A program made the translations under genes and the position numbers. This document shows, piece by piece, positions 1 through 11,159 of a stretch of 64,000 bases of DNA. The stretch is taken from NCBI GenBank assembly GCA_937996685.1, contig CALKUP010000006.1, forward strand, positions 1 through 64,000. Reading direction: 5' to 3'. This DNA is from an uncultured bacterium (GTDB lineage Bacteria > Patescibacteriota > Patescibacteriia > UBA9570 > XYC2-FULL-38-9). Under the pieces are notes generated by a model. That model was not told where the DNA came from. It ran no database searches and saw nothing but the letters and a program-made list of their open reading frames with translations. Every line of letters begins with the position of its first letter. Positions within the stretch are counted from its first letter, which is position 1.

Positions 1-50
1 GATCTACACAGGCGAAGACACTCTTTCCCTACACGACGCTCTTCCGATCT
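1..50 (+). other. Illumina TruSeq P5/i5 adapter remnant (sequencing artefact)
   Basis: GATCTACAC + 8-nt index AGGCGAAG + ACACTCTTTCCCTACACGACGCTCTTCCGATCT, the TruSeq read-1 adapter. Confidence 0.98.
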
Positions 51-2878
51 TTTTCCCATTCAAATCGAATCGCGTCGTCGATTTCCGGAGCATCTTCGAG
101 GACGATTTTTGGCACAGCGTGCGTTTCAAGATTTGCAAACAGGTTGAATTGACCAGACGCGCGTTCAGCCGATTGGTGTTTAATAAATTGCAAAAAGCTG
201 TCCATGTTCGCGAGCAAAATGTGTTGCGGAGCAATCGGTTTCATCGCGCCACTTTTTGTCAGACTCTCAAGTGATTTTTTATTCAAATCTTTATCTTGGA
301 TCCGCGTTAAAATATCTTCAATCGATGTGAATGGTCCGTTTTTTTCACGCTCGTCAATAAGCACCGTCACAATATTGTCACCGACATTTTTAATGGCATG
401 CAAACCAAATCGAATCGCGGTTTTATGTTCATCGCCAGTACTATTCGACACTTGAACGACAGTGAAATTTCCAGCGCTCTCATTAATGTCTGGAGGAAGG
501 ACTCGGATACCCATTTCTTCTGCGTGCGCGACTTCAATCGCAATTCGGTCTGTGTCATCACGATCCGCATTCATCAGCGCCGCCATAAACTCAGCTGGAT
601 AATTCGCTTTCAAATAGGCAGTGCGATACGCAATCATCGCGTAACACGCCGCATGCGAGCGGTTGAAACCATAACGGGCGAACGGCAAAATAAATTCCCA
701 AATCTGTTTCGCAATCGCAGAGCTCATGCCATTTTTGACCATCCCGTCAATCATTTTGTATTCCTGTTCATCAAGCAAGGCTTTGTCCTTTTTACCTACC
801 GCTTTTCGAAGGACGTCCGCTTCACCATAGGTAAAACCAGCCAGCGAGCGGGCGATTTCCATGATTTGTTCTTGATACACGGCAATACCGTATGTTTTTT
901 CAAGAATCGGCTTCAATGAATCGTGAATATAGGTAATTTCACGTTTGCCGTGCTTGCCTTCAATATATGTTGGAATAAACTCCATTGGACCTGGGCGATA
1001 GAGCGACACCATCACAATAATATCTTCAATTTCAGTTGGTTTGAGTTGTTTGAGATACCGCCGCATACCCGAACTTTCCAATTGGAAGACGCCGATCGTT
1101 TGGGCTTTTTTCAGGAGCTGAAATGTTTTGGTGTCGTCTAGTGGGATGCTGTCGATTTTGAATTTTTCACCGTTGTGGGTTTTTTCAATAATCTTCAACG
1201 TGTCTTCAATAATGCTCAAATTCTTGAGGCCCAAAAAGTCCATTTTCAAGAGACCGAGTTTTTCAATCGGGTTCATTGAATATTGGGTGATAATACTGCT
1301 GCCGCCCGCTTGATCGAGTTGCAGGGGAACGCTGGTTGTTAGTGGGTCTTTTGTGATCACAACCGCGCAAGCGTGAATTGATGTGTGACGCGCGACGCCT
1401 TCAAGTTTTTTCGCGATCGCAACCAGACGCTGCGCGTCAGCATCGTCATTCATCATTTGTCGGAGCTCTGGAACGGTTTCAACCGCTTCGGTCAGAGAAG
1501 TGAACATTGGAATCAGTTTTGAAATGCGATCGCAATAACCATACGACAATCCAAGAACGCGACCAACGTCACGAATGCCGGCGCGCGCTCCGATTGTTCC
1601 GAATGTGATGATTTGCGCGACATGACTTTTTCCGTATTTGCGTTCAACATAGCGCAACACATCGTCACGACGGGTATCCGCAAAGTCAGTATCGATATCA
1701 GGCATCGAGACACGTTCTGGGTTCAAGAAACGCTCGAAGATTAATTCGTATCGAATCGGATCGATATCAGTAATTCCGGTTAAGAACGCAACGATACTTC
1801 CAGCCGCAGATCCACGACCAGGCCCCACGGCGATCCCTTCATTTTTCGCCCAGTTAATAAAGTCTTGAACGATTAAAAAGTAGGAGGCGTATCCGGTTTT
1901 TTCAATGACAGACAACTCATATTCTAAACGCTTGCGAATTTCATCGGTGATCTCTTCGTACTTTTCCTTCATTCCAGTTTCGCACAGCTCGCGCAAATAT
2001 CCTTCGGCAGTGACGCCTTCTGGCAGAGCGTATGATGGCAAATGGAGGGTTTCCAAATCAATGTTAATGTCAACGCTGTCCGCAATTTTGACAGTGTTGT
2101 CGGTTGCGCGTTCAAAGTCGGCAAATTCCGCAACCATAAATTCTGGCGTCTTCAATGACAGGTCTTCGTGTCGCATGGAGAAGCGGTCAGTGTCACCGAG
2201 TAATTTTTTTGTACCGATACAGACCAACACATCTTGCGCTTCATTATCTTCCGCGTTCACATAATGTGAGTCAGCGGTCGCGACAAATTCAATGCCGAGT
2301 TCGTCGTGGAGTTTGCGCAAACCGTCGTTGACAATCAGTTGCTCGGGAATGGTATTTTTTTGGACTTCTAAATAAAACCGCTCTTTTCCAAAAATATCGA
2401 GAAATTCATTCGCGATTGATTTTGCTTTGTCATATTCACCACTGGCAAGAGCGCGAGGAATTTGCCCAGACAAACAACCGGAAAGGGCAATGATGCCTTC
2501 GTTGTATTCTGCCAAAAGCTCCATATCGATGCGCGGCTTGTAATAAAAGCCTTCGAGATTGGCGATTGTTAAGAGCTTGATGAGGTTTTCGTACCCGGTG
2601 TTATTTTGTGCGAGCAAAATCAAATGATACGGTCGTTCTTTTGGTGTTTTTGTGTGAATCGATTCCGGGGCGACATACATCTCAATCCCGATAATCGGTT
2701 TGATCCCACCGTATTTTGCGGCTTGATAAAACTCAATCGCCGCATGTAAATTTCCATGATCAGTGAGCGCGACTGCTGAACTTCCTTGTTCTTTGACGGC
2801 AGCAACAAGTTCCGGAATTTTTGTAAGACCGTCAAGAAGCGAGTAGTGCGAGTGCGTGTGAAGATGGACGAAATTCAT
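51..2878 (-). CDS. dnaE: DNA polymerase III alpha subunit, 3'-truncated at contig end
   Basis: N-terminal PHP domain (FVHLHTHSHYSLLDG), GRGSAAGS, PDIDTDF, KMDFLGL, FNRSH. The final DRKSVV* of the ORF track is translated adapter. Confidence 0.97.
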
Positions 2879-2881
2879 GTG

Positions 2882-3184
2882 CTATTCCTTCCGACGTCGT
2901 CCTCCACGGCTCGTTGTTTTCTTTACTGATTTTACAATATCCATCACATTGCCAATTTCTCCAGCAATAAATGAAAGAGTGTTTGCGGATGTGATCACAC
3001 GGTCTTTGACGGCCATGATAGCTTCTTCAATTTCTGCAATTTTGACACGCAGGTCAGCGATCACTTCATTGCCTTGTTTTAAAATTTGCACAACGTAAAA
3101 AATTGCCCAGACCAAAAATCCTGTGAACACGAGCAGACAGATAGACAAAACGCCGTAGAAAATATCAATGCTGGTTGAATACAT
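2882..3184 (-). CDS. Small membrane protein with one TM helix, a coiled coil and a basic tail
   Basis: ATG at 3184 follows GGAGGA; hydrophobic N-terminal helix; stop lies 3 nt before the dnaE start. Confidence 0.75.
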   Translation of the reverse strand: MYSTSIDIFYGVLSICLLVFTGFLVWAIFYVVQILKQGNEVIADLRVKIAEIEEAIMAVKDRVITSANTLSFIAGEIGNVMDIVKSVKKTTSRGGRRRKE

Positions 3185-3226
3185 ATCCTCCAAAATATTA
3201 ATGCTTTGTTTTGAGTATAGCATAGA

Positions 3227-3255
3227 TTGTAGAGAGTCTTCAAGAATGGTATACT
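3227..3255 (+). promoter_or_regulatory. sigma70-type promoter, probably leaderless
   Basis: TTGTAG-17 nt-TATACT with extended TG; ATG 7 nt downstream. Confidence 0.55.
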
Positions 3256-3262
3256 TTTTCAC

Positions 3263-4123
3263 ATGAGTGATGAAATCAGACAGCCATCTGAAAAAACCTT
3301 ACGTCGAGGATACTGGATTGCAACCCATCAAGAGGAGTTGCGACGTGATGTTGTTATTGGTGTCGGTTCTGTCGTTGGTCTGATTGTCGCAATTGCGTTG
3401 TTGATGTTGGGTCGATATCTTATTCAAATCCCAATGACGAATCGCGTTGATGCCGCGCTTGTGAGTCCGATTATTTCATTGCCGGCGACACGGATTCCAC
3501 AGGGAATTGTCGTGTCTGAATCAACTGCAGTCGCGCAAGGCAATAACACGATCGGTGTATTGGTCTATTTAAAAAATCCGAATGCGGCCTGGAACGCAAC
3601 CTCTATAGAATATGAAGTGTTTGCTGGAGCAAGTGCTGTGCCAATGTCAATTGAAACGTTAGCGCCGAATCAAGAAAAAGTGTTACTTGCAACTGACGTG
3701 CCGTTTTCTGGAACATCGCTGCCGGCAGTGCGTGTGACAGTGAAAAAGGTTGTGTGGAAAAAAACAATCGATATCGCACAGCGGCCGACGCAAAACTGGA
3801 CCTTCGTCAAACCTGATTTACGAGCGATTGCCGGCACTTCATCGAGTAGTGATTTACCGTATCAATCAGAGCTTGCAGTAACCGTGCGCAATGGTTCGGT
3901 CTACGGCTATAAAAATGTCTCTGTCGTTGCGATTATTCCGGGTTCAGACGGGAAGCCAAAAGCGGCGGCGCGAATTTTGCTTGATCGCATCACATCATTA
4001 GAGTCGCGCGATTTGGTGTTTCGATTTTCGTCACGTCTCATCGGATCTGTTCAGCCGCAAATTTTTGTGAATACCGATCTTGTCAATGAAGACCGGTTAA
4101 TCCGCGACATTGTTTCAGACTAA
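3263..4123 (+). CDS. Hypothetical single-pass membrane protein with beta-rich extracellular domains
   Basis: 286 aa; one TM near the N-terminus; KNPN motif; directly upstream of rodA. Confidence 0.8.
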   Translation: MSDEIRQPSEKTLRRGYWIATHQEELRRDVVIGVGSVVGLIVAIALLMLGRYLIQIPMTNRVDAALVSPIISLPATRIPQGIVVSESTAVAQGNNTIGVLVYLKNPNAAWNATSIEYEVFAGASAVPMSIETLAPNQEKVLLATDVPFSGTSLPAVRVTVKKVVWKKTIDIAQRPTQNWTFVKPDLRAIAGTSSSSDLPYQSELAVTVRNGSVYGYKNVSVVAIIPGSDGKPKAAARILLDRITSLESRDLVFRFSSRLIGSVQPQIFVNTDLVNEDRLIRDIVSD

Positions 4124-4129
4124 AAAGAT

Positions 4130-5266
4130 ATGGCAAAAACATTTCGTGTTCTTCCGATGCTCCGTGTCGCTCAAGTGATTGATTGGTGGTATGTCAGTGC
4201 TATTGCTGTCATGGTCTCTTTTGGACTGCTCATGCAGTACAGTATTTCAACGAATAAAGATGCGAGTGATCCTGAGCAGTTTCAAAAGCAAGTATTGTTT
4301 GTGTTGATTGGTGTCGCGCTGTTCGCTCTATTTTCCATTATCGATCATCGTCGCATCCGATTGCGTGTCGGCATGTGGTATGCGTTATGTTTTATTGCGC
4401 TGCTGTCTGTCCTTATCTTTGGTAAAACTATTCAAGGAACAAAAGGCTGGTTTGTGATTGCTGGATTTTCTTTGCAGCCGGTTGAATTTGTGAAACTTGG
4501 TTTTATTTTATTTATGGCGCATTACCTTGAAGGCAGTCTGACGCGCATGCGACAATGGCGGGTTGCGATGATCTCTGGGATTGCCGCGGCTGTATTGCTG
4601 CTCCTGATTTTACTGCAACCTGATCTTGGGTCTGCGATCATTCTGTTTGGCGTTTGGTTTTCGTACGTTCTATTTTTACGCGCACCAAAATCATTCATCG
4701 CTCTGGTGAGCCTGTCTGTTATTCTCGCGTCAATGCTTGGGTGGACTGTGTTATTTGAAGACTATCAAAAAGATCGGCTTGTGGTGTTTTTGAACCCACA
4801 AAAGTATGCGGAAAAAGAAGGGTACAACGTGGTCCAATCAATGATTGCCGTTGGTTCTGGCTCACTCTGGGGCAGAGGACTGGGCTTTGGGACGCAAAGT
4901 CAGCTCCATTTTTTGCCTGAAGTTGCCTCTGACTTTGTGTTTGCTGCCCTCGCAGAAGAATTTGGATTCATCGGGGTTGTGACTGTCATCGGCTCTCTCG
5001 GGATTATTTTAGTCCGGCTTTGGATGTACATGCGCTACACCACGGATGAATACTTCTTCTTGCTCTGTTTCGGTACGTTCTTTTACTTATTGATCCAAAG
5101 TACGATGATTATTGGGATGAACATCGGTATTATGCCTGTCACAGGAGCTCCATTGCCACTTGTGAGCGCTGGAGGATCCTCAATGATTATGACGCTCGGA
5201 TTACTTGGTTTGGTGCATTTTTTCGTTATTCATGGACAGGCTCGAAAAACCACTCTCTCAAGTTGA
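4130..5266 (+). CDS. rodA: SEDS-family peptidoglycan polymerase RodA/FtsW
   Basis: Multi-TM; GTKGWF, SLQPVEFVK, LLQPDLGSA, LPEVASDF, EEFGF, PLVSAGGSS. Confidence 0.9.
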   Translation: MAKTFRVLPMLRVAQVIDWWYVSAIAVMVSFGLLMQYSISTNKDASDPEQFQKQVLFVLIGVALFALFSIIDHRRIRLRVGMWYALCFIALLSVLIFGKTIQGTKGWFVIAGFSLQPVEFVKLGFILFMAHYLEGSLTRMRQWRVAMISGIAAAVLLLLILLQPDLGSAIILFGVWFSYVLFLRAPKSFIALVSLSVILASMLGWTVLFEDYQKDRLVVFLNPQKYAEKEGYNVVQSMIAVGSGSLWGRGLGFGTQSQLHFLPEVASDFVFAALAEEFGFIGVVTVIGSLGIILVRLWMYMRYTTDEYFFLLCFGTFFYLLIQSTMIIGMNIGIMPVTGAPLPLVSAGGSSMIMTLGLLGLVHFFVIHGQARKTTLSS

Positions 5267-5291
5267 CGAATCGGCATTTTTTCGTTATTCT
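5263..5291 (+). promoter_or_regulatory. sigma70-type promoter, probably leaderless
   Basis: TTGACG-17 nt-TATTCT; ATG at 5299 is 7 nt downstream. Confidence 0.55.
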
Positions 5292-5298
5292 GCCTGGC

Positions 5299-5655
5299 AT
5301 GCATCACCATCAATTGCCACATGAACGAAACGTCCCTTTAAACGGGCTTTGCGTTGTCTGTGAGCAAGAGATTCGACACGATGATTCAAGTATCGTAATC
5401 GAGCGTGATGATTTGCGTTGTTCGTATGGAGTGTGTGAAACATGCTCTAGTGCCCATTTAACCATTCAAATTGGCAAAGGGGAGTCAACCACCGCTGTGA
5501 GCATGCTCACGGACTGGAAACGTCGTGAAGTTGAATTTTTCTGGAAACAGGATGCGATTTCAGCAAACGATGTGATCGCTCTCCACGAAGCGCTTTCGGA
5601 TGCACATTTTTCTGCACAGCTTGTTCATGCAGACAACAATCATATTACTAAATAG
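5299..5655 (+). CDS. Small hypothetical protein with two CxxC motifs (putative Zn ribbon)
   Basis: CVVC...CETC; C-terminal ISANDVIALHEAL; start chosen from the promoter position. Confidence 0.7.
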   Translation: MHHHQLPHERNVPLNGLCVVCEQEIRHDDSSIVIERDDLRCSYGVCETCSSAHLTIQIGKGESTTAVSMLTDWKRREVEFFWKQDAISANDVIALHEALSDAHFSAQLVHADNNHITK

Positions 5656-5672
5656 TCAATTATTACTTACGT

Positions 5673-6350
5673 ATGTCAAACACTCTTACTCTCGCAGCTA
5701 GCAAGCGCGAACAAACTGGCCGCCAAGCAACTGCTGCGTTATTTGTCGAAAACCGCCTTCCAGCTGTTTTATACGGCCACGGAATCGAAACAGTGTCACT
5801 TTCTTTGAACGCTGTTGAATTTGATAAAGTACTTGCAGCCGCAGGTGAAAGTACACTCGTTGAACTATCTGTTGATGGTGGCGCTATGGTAAACGTGTTG
5901 ATTCACGATGTGACACGTAACGCTGTTTCTCATGCTGTAACACACGTTGACTTGTATCAAGTGCGTATGGATGAAAAAATTACAACAGAAGTTGAGTTTG
6001 TATTCGAAGGTGTTGCTCCAGCGGAAAAACAACTTGGCGGCGTCTTAGTTCGTAACATGACTCATGTACAAGTTGAATGTCTGCCAAAAGATTTACCACA
6101 TCATTTGGTTGTTGATATCACAACACTTGCGACATTCGACGACACAATTCGCGTTGAAGACCTTGTTGCTCCAGCCGGCGTTGTAATCCACCATGCAGCA
6201 GATGACGTGATCGCATTGGTTGAAGCACCTCGTACTGAGGCTGAACTTGAAGCATTGAATGAAGCAGTTGTAAACACAGTTGACCAAGTTGAGGTTGCTG
6301 GCGCGAAAAAGACTGACGAAGCAGCAGAAGGAGCGGAAGATAAAAAATAA
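5673..6350 (+). CDS. rplY: 50S ribosomal protein L25/CTC (long form)
   Basis: LPAVLYGHG, HVDLY, VECLPKDLP, acidic tail. Confidence 0.95.
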   Translation: MSNTLTLAASKREQTGRQATAALFVENRLPAVLYGHGIETVSLSLNAVEFDKVLAAAGESTLVELSVDGGAMVNVLIHDVTRNAVSHAVTHVDLYQVRMDEKITTEVEFVFEGVAPAEKQLGGVLVRNMTHVQVECLPKDLPHHLVVDITTLATFDDTIRVEDLVAPAGVVIHHAADDVIALVEAPRTEAELEALNEAVVNTVDQVEVAGAKKTDEAAEGAEDKK

Positions 6351-6377
6351 TAGCAATTTATTTCTAAGCACGCTTTT

Positions 6378-7520
6378 ATGGAAAACAACGAAACAAAGAC
6401 AAAAACAACAGGAGAGAAAGCGGGTTTTCTCTCTCGACTCAAAAACGATAAAAAAACACAACTCTGGGTTTCTGGGGTTGTTGTTTTTTTATTACTCGCT
6501 GTTGTTGGCGGTTTATTATACTCTTCAAAAAATAGCTCAAAGTCACAAGACGGCGACGACAAAGAGGTCGTAGTTGAAGATGTTTCAGCGACACTACAAC
6601 GTAAACTTGATGGTGTTGAAGTAGATAACGGCAAAGATAATATCTACCCAGTTGGTGTAATGATCGAAAACCTTGTCAGTGTTCGTCCACAATCTGGACT
6701 TTCAAAAGCCGGTGTTGTCTATGAAGCGCTCGCAGAAGGTGGTATCACACGCTTTTTGGCAGTGTTTGCGAGTGACGCTTCAATGGATAAAGTTGGTCCC
6801 GTTCGTTCAGCGCGTGATTATTATGTTCGTCTTGCTGGTGAGTATAACGCTGTGTATGCGCATGCAGGTGGAAGCCCAGAAGCGCTCGCGTTGTTGCAAT
6901 CTGACAAGCACGTGTTAGACGGCAATGCCTTAACAGGTGGCCAACAGCAGTTTTTTAAACGTGATACAGCGATTGCTGCACCACACAACTTATTTACAAA
7001 TTCCTTTTTGTTAAACGAGTTGCGAAAAAATAAAAACGTCCTCGATACTGAAGGTGATTTCACTGGCTGGAAATTCGCAACAAAAACAATGCAAGCAACA
7101 GAAGGATCTGCTGACGCGACAAGTATTCATATTGATTTTTCTTCTCGTGATTACACCGCGGACTATTCATATAACGCAGAAGATGGTGTGTATGAACGAT
7201 CAAACGGCGGCGTTGCGCATACAGACGCTCTGACAAAAAAACAAATCACCGTCAAAAATATTGTCGTGCAAAAAACAGAAGTTGCTGCAAGTGGGGATGA
7301 CAAAGGACGTGTTGATGTGACAACAACAGGTGACGGGAACGCGTTGATTTTCATCAATGGAAAAGTGACAGAAGGCACCTGGAAATTTGATGCAACAGAA
7401 AACCGCACACGATTTTATGACGCAGCAGACAATGAAGTCGTATTTGAACCAGGAAACACATGGGTAGAAGTTGTTCCAAGTGATCGTACTGTTGAGTACA
7501 CAGCCCAAGAGGCACAATAA
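6378..7520 (+). CDS. DUF3048 (YerB-like) membrane-anchored protein
   Basis: VMIEN..VRPQSGLS, EGGITRF, GPVRSAR, HAGGS, APHN; N-terminal TM. Confidence 0.88.
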   Translation: MENNETKTKTTGEKAGFLSRLKNDKKTQLWVSGVVVFLLLAVVGGLLYSSKNSSKSQDGDDKEVVVEDVSATLQRKLDGVEVDNGKDNIYPVGVMIENLVSVRPQSGLSKAGVVYEALAEGGITRFLAVFASDASMDKVGPVRSARDYYVRLAGEYNAVYAHAGGSPEALALLQSDKHVLDGNALTGGQQQFFKRDTAIAAPHNLFTNSFLLNELRKNKNVLDTEGDFTGWKFATKTMQATEGSADATSIHIDFSSRDYTADYSYNAEDGVYERSNGGVAHTDALTKKQITVKNIVVQKTEVAASGDDKGRVDVTTTGDGNALIFINGKVTEGTWKFDATENRTRFYDAADNEVVFEPGNTWVEVVPSDRTVEYTAQEAQ

Positions 7521-7538
7521 TTCGTTTTACAAGATTGT

Positions 7539-8726
7539 ATGTCAACGAAAAAACCACATATCGAGGGTGAAGAGGGTAGCGAGCACACGCATCGCACAAA
7601 AAAAGAGCTTCACCCATATTTGCGTTCATTAAAAGAGCATCGTTTTGCAACTGTCGGTTTAGTCGTTGCAGTTATCGCGCTTTGTGCCGTTGGTGGATTT
7701 GCATACTATCAATCACAACAACCAGGGCCATCTGTGGTGAGCCAAATTGTTGATACGGTTACAGAAGAGCCCGTTGTTGTTCCGGAAGAGTCGAAAGAAA
7801 TCCCGCGACATATTGATGGCGTGATTGTGCCACGTGAAGAGGCGAATCCACATCTTGTCTGTGTCATGATTGAAAACGCAGCCTTTGGTGGAGTGCGCCC
7901 ACAATCCGGACTCTCAAAAGCATCTGTGGTCTACGAGGTTATTGTTGAAGGTGGAATCACACGGTTAATGGCCGTATTCGCAAATGACGATGACGACAAG
8001 GCCGATATTATTGGTCCGGTTCGTTCAGCGCGTGATACCTATCTAGAATTTGCTGCTGAATATAATTGTCCGTATGCCCATGCTGGCGGCAGTTACACTG
8101 CGATGCTCGCGCTTCGTGAACGTAATTTCCGTGATGTTGACGGCTTAAAAGAGCGTGGTTTTTATCGTCGTGCTGGAAAAGTTTCTCCACATAATTTGTT
8201 TATTAGCTGGGATGATTTGCAAACACTTGCTGGCGGCCACAATTGGCGCGATGAAGCTCCGACATACACACCATGGGCATTTGCAGATCCACTTGATACA
8301 GCGGCTCGCCCAGGCAATGACGCGACAAACAAAGCCCGTACAGTGAAAGTTGGTTTCGGTGGTTCTTATGATGTTGAATTCCGATACAACGCCGATGAAA
8401 ATGTGTATGAACGATACGATGGCGGTGTTGCGCATAAAGATGAACTAACAAACGACGTGATCAAAACAAAAAATGTTGTGTTGTACCATGTTGCAGACGG
8501 CGATTCTATTGAAGGCAAAGGACGCATCAATTGGCCTGTAACACGCCCAGAAGGTGGCGATGTTGATATTATCCACGACGGCATGGTGACAAAAGGCAAA
8601 TGGAAAAAAGGTGCTGCATCTGAACGAGTTTCATTTGTTGACGCTGACGGGAAAGATATCCCGCTTACTCGCGGAAACACGTGGGTTGAAGTCGTGCCGC
8701 CACATATTAGTAGTAGCATTGAATAA
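7539..8726 (+). CDS. DUF3048 (YerB-like) membrane-anchored protein, tandem paralogue
   Basis: Same motifs: VMIEN, RPQSGLS, EGGITRL, GPVRSAR, HAGGS, SPHN. Confidence 0.88.
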   Translation: MSTKKPHIEGEEGSEHTHRTKKELHPYLRSLKEHRFATVGLVVAVIALCAVGGFAYYQSQQPGPSVVSQIVDTVTEEPVVVPEESKEIPRHIDGVIVPREEANPHLVCVMIENAAFGGVRPQSGLSKASVVYEVIVEGGITRLMAVFANDDDDKADIIGPVRSARDTYLEFAAEYNCPYAHAGGSYTAMLALRERNFRDVDGLKERGFYRRAGKVSPHNLFISWDDLQTLAGGHNWRDEAPTYTPWAFADPLDTAARPGNDATNKARTVKVGFGGSYDVEFRYNADENVYERYDGGVAHKDELTNDVIKTKNVVLYHVADGDSIEGKGRINWPVTRPEGGDVDIIHDGMVTKGKWKKGAASERVSFVDADGKDIPLTRGNTWVEVVPPHISSSIE

Positions 8727-8732
8727 GATTGT

Positions 8733-10265
8733 ATGAAATTACGACGGTTGAACGAATATCAAAAATATCGCTTATTAGAAATGCTGCCTGGCACCGTTGT
8801 CTGGCTCGCACTTATTTCTGTTGTTGTATTGATTTTCGTCAAACCGCTCTGGATGATTTATGTAGCGATTTTATTTGACCTCTATTGGTTGCTGCGTGTC
8901 TGGTATTTTATTACATACCTGACAAAATCATGGCTTGCATATCGTAAAGCTGCCCAAATCGATTGGAATGCACGTGTTGAAACACACGCGAACTGGAAAG
9001 AATACAAGCACTTGGTCTTTCTGCCGACACTAGACGAAGATATTGATATTATTCGAGAGACATTAAACGCGATGAAACAATCGTTGTTTGATACCAAGCA
9101 AGTATACATCGTTCTTGCTGGAGAAGAGCGTCAACAAGAACACTTTGTTCCGATTGCAGACCAACTCAAAGCAGAGTACGCCGATGTATTTGGCGGTTTT
9201 TTGGTGACAGTCCATCCAAAAGACATTCCCGGTGAAATTGCTGCCAAAGGATCAAACTTGCATTATGCCGGCGGTCAAGCGCAGACCTGGGTTGATTCAA
9301 TGGGCTTTGATTATGCAAAGGTCATTGTATCTGCGTTTGATATCGATACAATCGTACACAAACAGTATTTTGCATGTTTAACAGCAATGTACATTGAGCA
9401 TCCAGACCCAACACGCAGCAGCTTTCAACCGCTTGCTGTATATAACAATAATGTCTGGGAATCATTTTCGTTTGCTCGTGTCGTTGCGAATTCAACAACG
9501 TTTTGGTTGATGGCAGAACTGGCTCGTCCAAAGCCACTGTGGACATTTTCTTCACATGCAATGAGTTTCAAAGCGTTAGTTGACGTTGGTTTTTGGCAGT
9601 CTGATATCGTGACTGAAGACTCTCGCATTTTCTTGCAATGCTATCTCTATTACGATGGTCAATATGAAGTAACACCGATGTATATTCCAGTATCAATGGA
9701 TACAGCGCATGGTGGAACACTCTGGGGAACAATGAAAAACCTCTACAAACAACAACGTCGTTGGGCGTGGGGAATTGAACATTTCCCATTCATGATTTGG
9801 CATTTCCGGAAGAACCAGCTCAATCCAAAGAAGTGGCATTTATTATTTAATTTGACTGAAGGGATGTTTTCTTGGGCAACTGCGCCACTGCTGATTACCA
9901 TGCTTGGGTATTTGCCGTTGTGGCTTATTACGCCTGATGATCAAGCAACTGTTATTGCGCAAACAGCACCATTTATTCTGCAATGGCTGATGCGTCTTGC
10001 GATGGTCGGTATTATTTTTTCCGCAACTTTAAATGTCTATTTACTTCCTCGAGAAATTCCCGGCAATCGTTTATTGAAAGTGCTCATCATGATTCTGCAA
10101 TGGCTGATGTTGCCAATTGCGCTTATTTTCTTCGGTTCTATTCCAGCTATTGATGCGCAAACACGCATGTTGTTTGGGAAATATCTCGGTTTTTATACTG
10201 CAAAAAAAGTCCGCAAAGAAGCATTGCCGCACCATGTTGAAGGTGGGACAGGGGCTCCGTTATAA
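8733..10265 (+). CDS. Membrane-embedded processive GT2 glycosyltransferase
   Basis: FDIDT (DxD), TED and QQRRW motifs; TM helices on both sides of the GT domain. Confidence 0.85.
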   Translation: MKLRRLNEYQKYRLLEMLPGTVVWLALISVVVLIFVKPLWMIYVAILFDLYWLLRVWYFITYLTKSWLAYRKAAQIDWNARVETHANWKEYKHLVFLPTLDEDIDIIRETLNAMKQSLFDTKQVYIVLAGEERQQEHFVPIADQLKAEYADVFGGFLVTVHPKDIPGEIAAKGSNLHYAGGQAQTWVDSMGFDYAKVIVSAFDIDTIVHKQYFACLTAMYIEHPDPTRSSFQPLAVYNNNVWESFSFARVVANSTTFWLMAELARPKPLWTFSSHAMSFKALVDVGFWQSDIVTEDSRIFLQCYLYYDGQYEVTPMYIPVSMDTAHGGTLWGTMKNLYKQQRRWAWGIEHFPFMIWHFRKNQLNPKKWHLLFNLTEGMFSWATAPLLITMLGYLPLWLITPDDQATVIAQTAPFILQWLMRLAMVGIIFSATLNVYLLPREIPGNRLLKVLIMILQWLMLPIALIFFGSIPAIDAQTRMLFGKYLGFYTAKKVRKEALPHHVEGGTGAPL

Positions 10266-11150
10266 AAATAATGCGAATTCCGGATACTGGGCGATAAACG
10301 ATTTGTAATCACGTGGGGTTTTTCCTTCCAGTTGCACAGTGTGGACTTCAATTGAATCTGTGTCTGCGTGATATGTAAGATCCAAAATCTTGATACGCTT
10401 GCCATTGATAATAGTAAAAATACCAGGCCATGGATGATATGCCCGGAATTTTCGATCAATCATGATCGGAGTATCCGTTGCCGTGATTTGGCCGTCTTCT
10501 TTTTTGAGTAAACCACACAAGATAGCACCGTCTTCTGGCTGAGGCGTAGGCATTTTTCCATGTTCAACTCGGTCTTTCAATGCTGTGATAAGCAGTTCAG
10601 CTCCTTTGGCGCTGTAGCGATCATGGAGAGTTTGAATGGTGTCTCGAGGTGAAAGAGGTTCACGATACTGCAACAAAACAGGACCAGTATCCATGCCCGC
10701 ATCCATTTGCATAATCGAAATACCAGACTCGGTATCGCCATGCAGCAGTGTTGATTGCATCGGGGATGCGCCGCGATATTTTGGCAACAATGATGGGTGT
10801 ACATTCACGCAACCAAAGCGGGGGATATCGAGGAGTTCTTGCGGTAAAATATTGCCGTAGACAACAAGAACAATCAGATCAGGTTGTAGAGCCGCAATGG
10901 CTTCAAGCGCAGCTGGTCCGTCAGCACTTTTTAAGCCGAGTCTCCGCGGCTGAAGTATCGGCACTTCTGGTAAGTGTTCTTGCGCCCATTGTTTCACAGC
11001 AGAAGCCGTGACAACTTGTTTGCGACCAACTGGTTTATCTGGTTGCGTTACAACCCCAACAACAGTGGTTTCAGCGGCTATTTTTTGTAAAGAAGGGACA
11101 GCAAAGTCCGGTGTTCCAAAAAAAATTGTCCGAGCAGATTTGAGATTCAT
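10260..11150 (-). CDS. fmt: Methionyl-tRNA formyltransferase
   Basis: FFGTPDFA, VTQPDKPVGR, NVHPSLLPKYRGASP, MDAGMDTG. Confidence 0.96.
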   Translation of the reverse strand: MNLKSARTIFFGTPDFAVPSLQKIAAETTVVGVVTQPDKPVGRKQVVTASAVKQWAQEHLPEVPILQPRRLGLKSADGPAALEAIAALQPDLIVLVVYGNILPQELLDIPRFGCVNVHPSLLPKYRGASPMQSTLLHGDTESGISIMQMDAGMDTGPVLLQYREPLSPRDTIQTLHDRYSAKGAELLITALKDRVEHGKMPTPQPEDGAILCGLLKKEDGQITATDTPIMIDRKFRAYHPWPGIFTIINGKRIKILDLTYHADTDSIEVHTVQLEGKTPRDYKSFIAQYPEFALFL

Positions 11151-11159
11151 GCAACTATA

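Noticed and set aside
29-2878. Naturally short DnaE lacking the OB domain
   Set aside because: The truncation is caused by the contig end and adapter.
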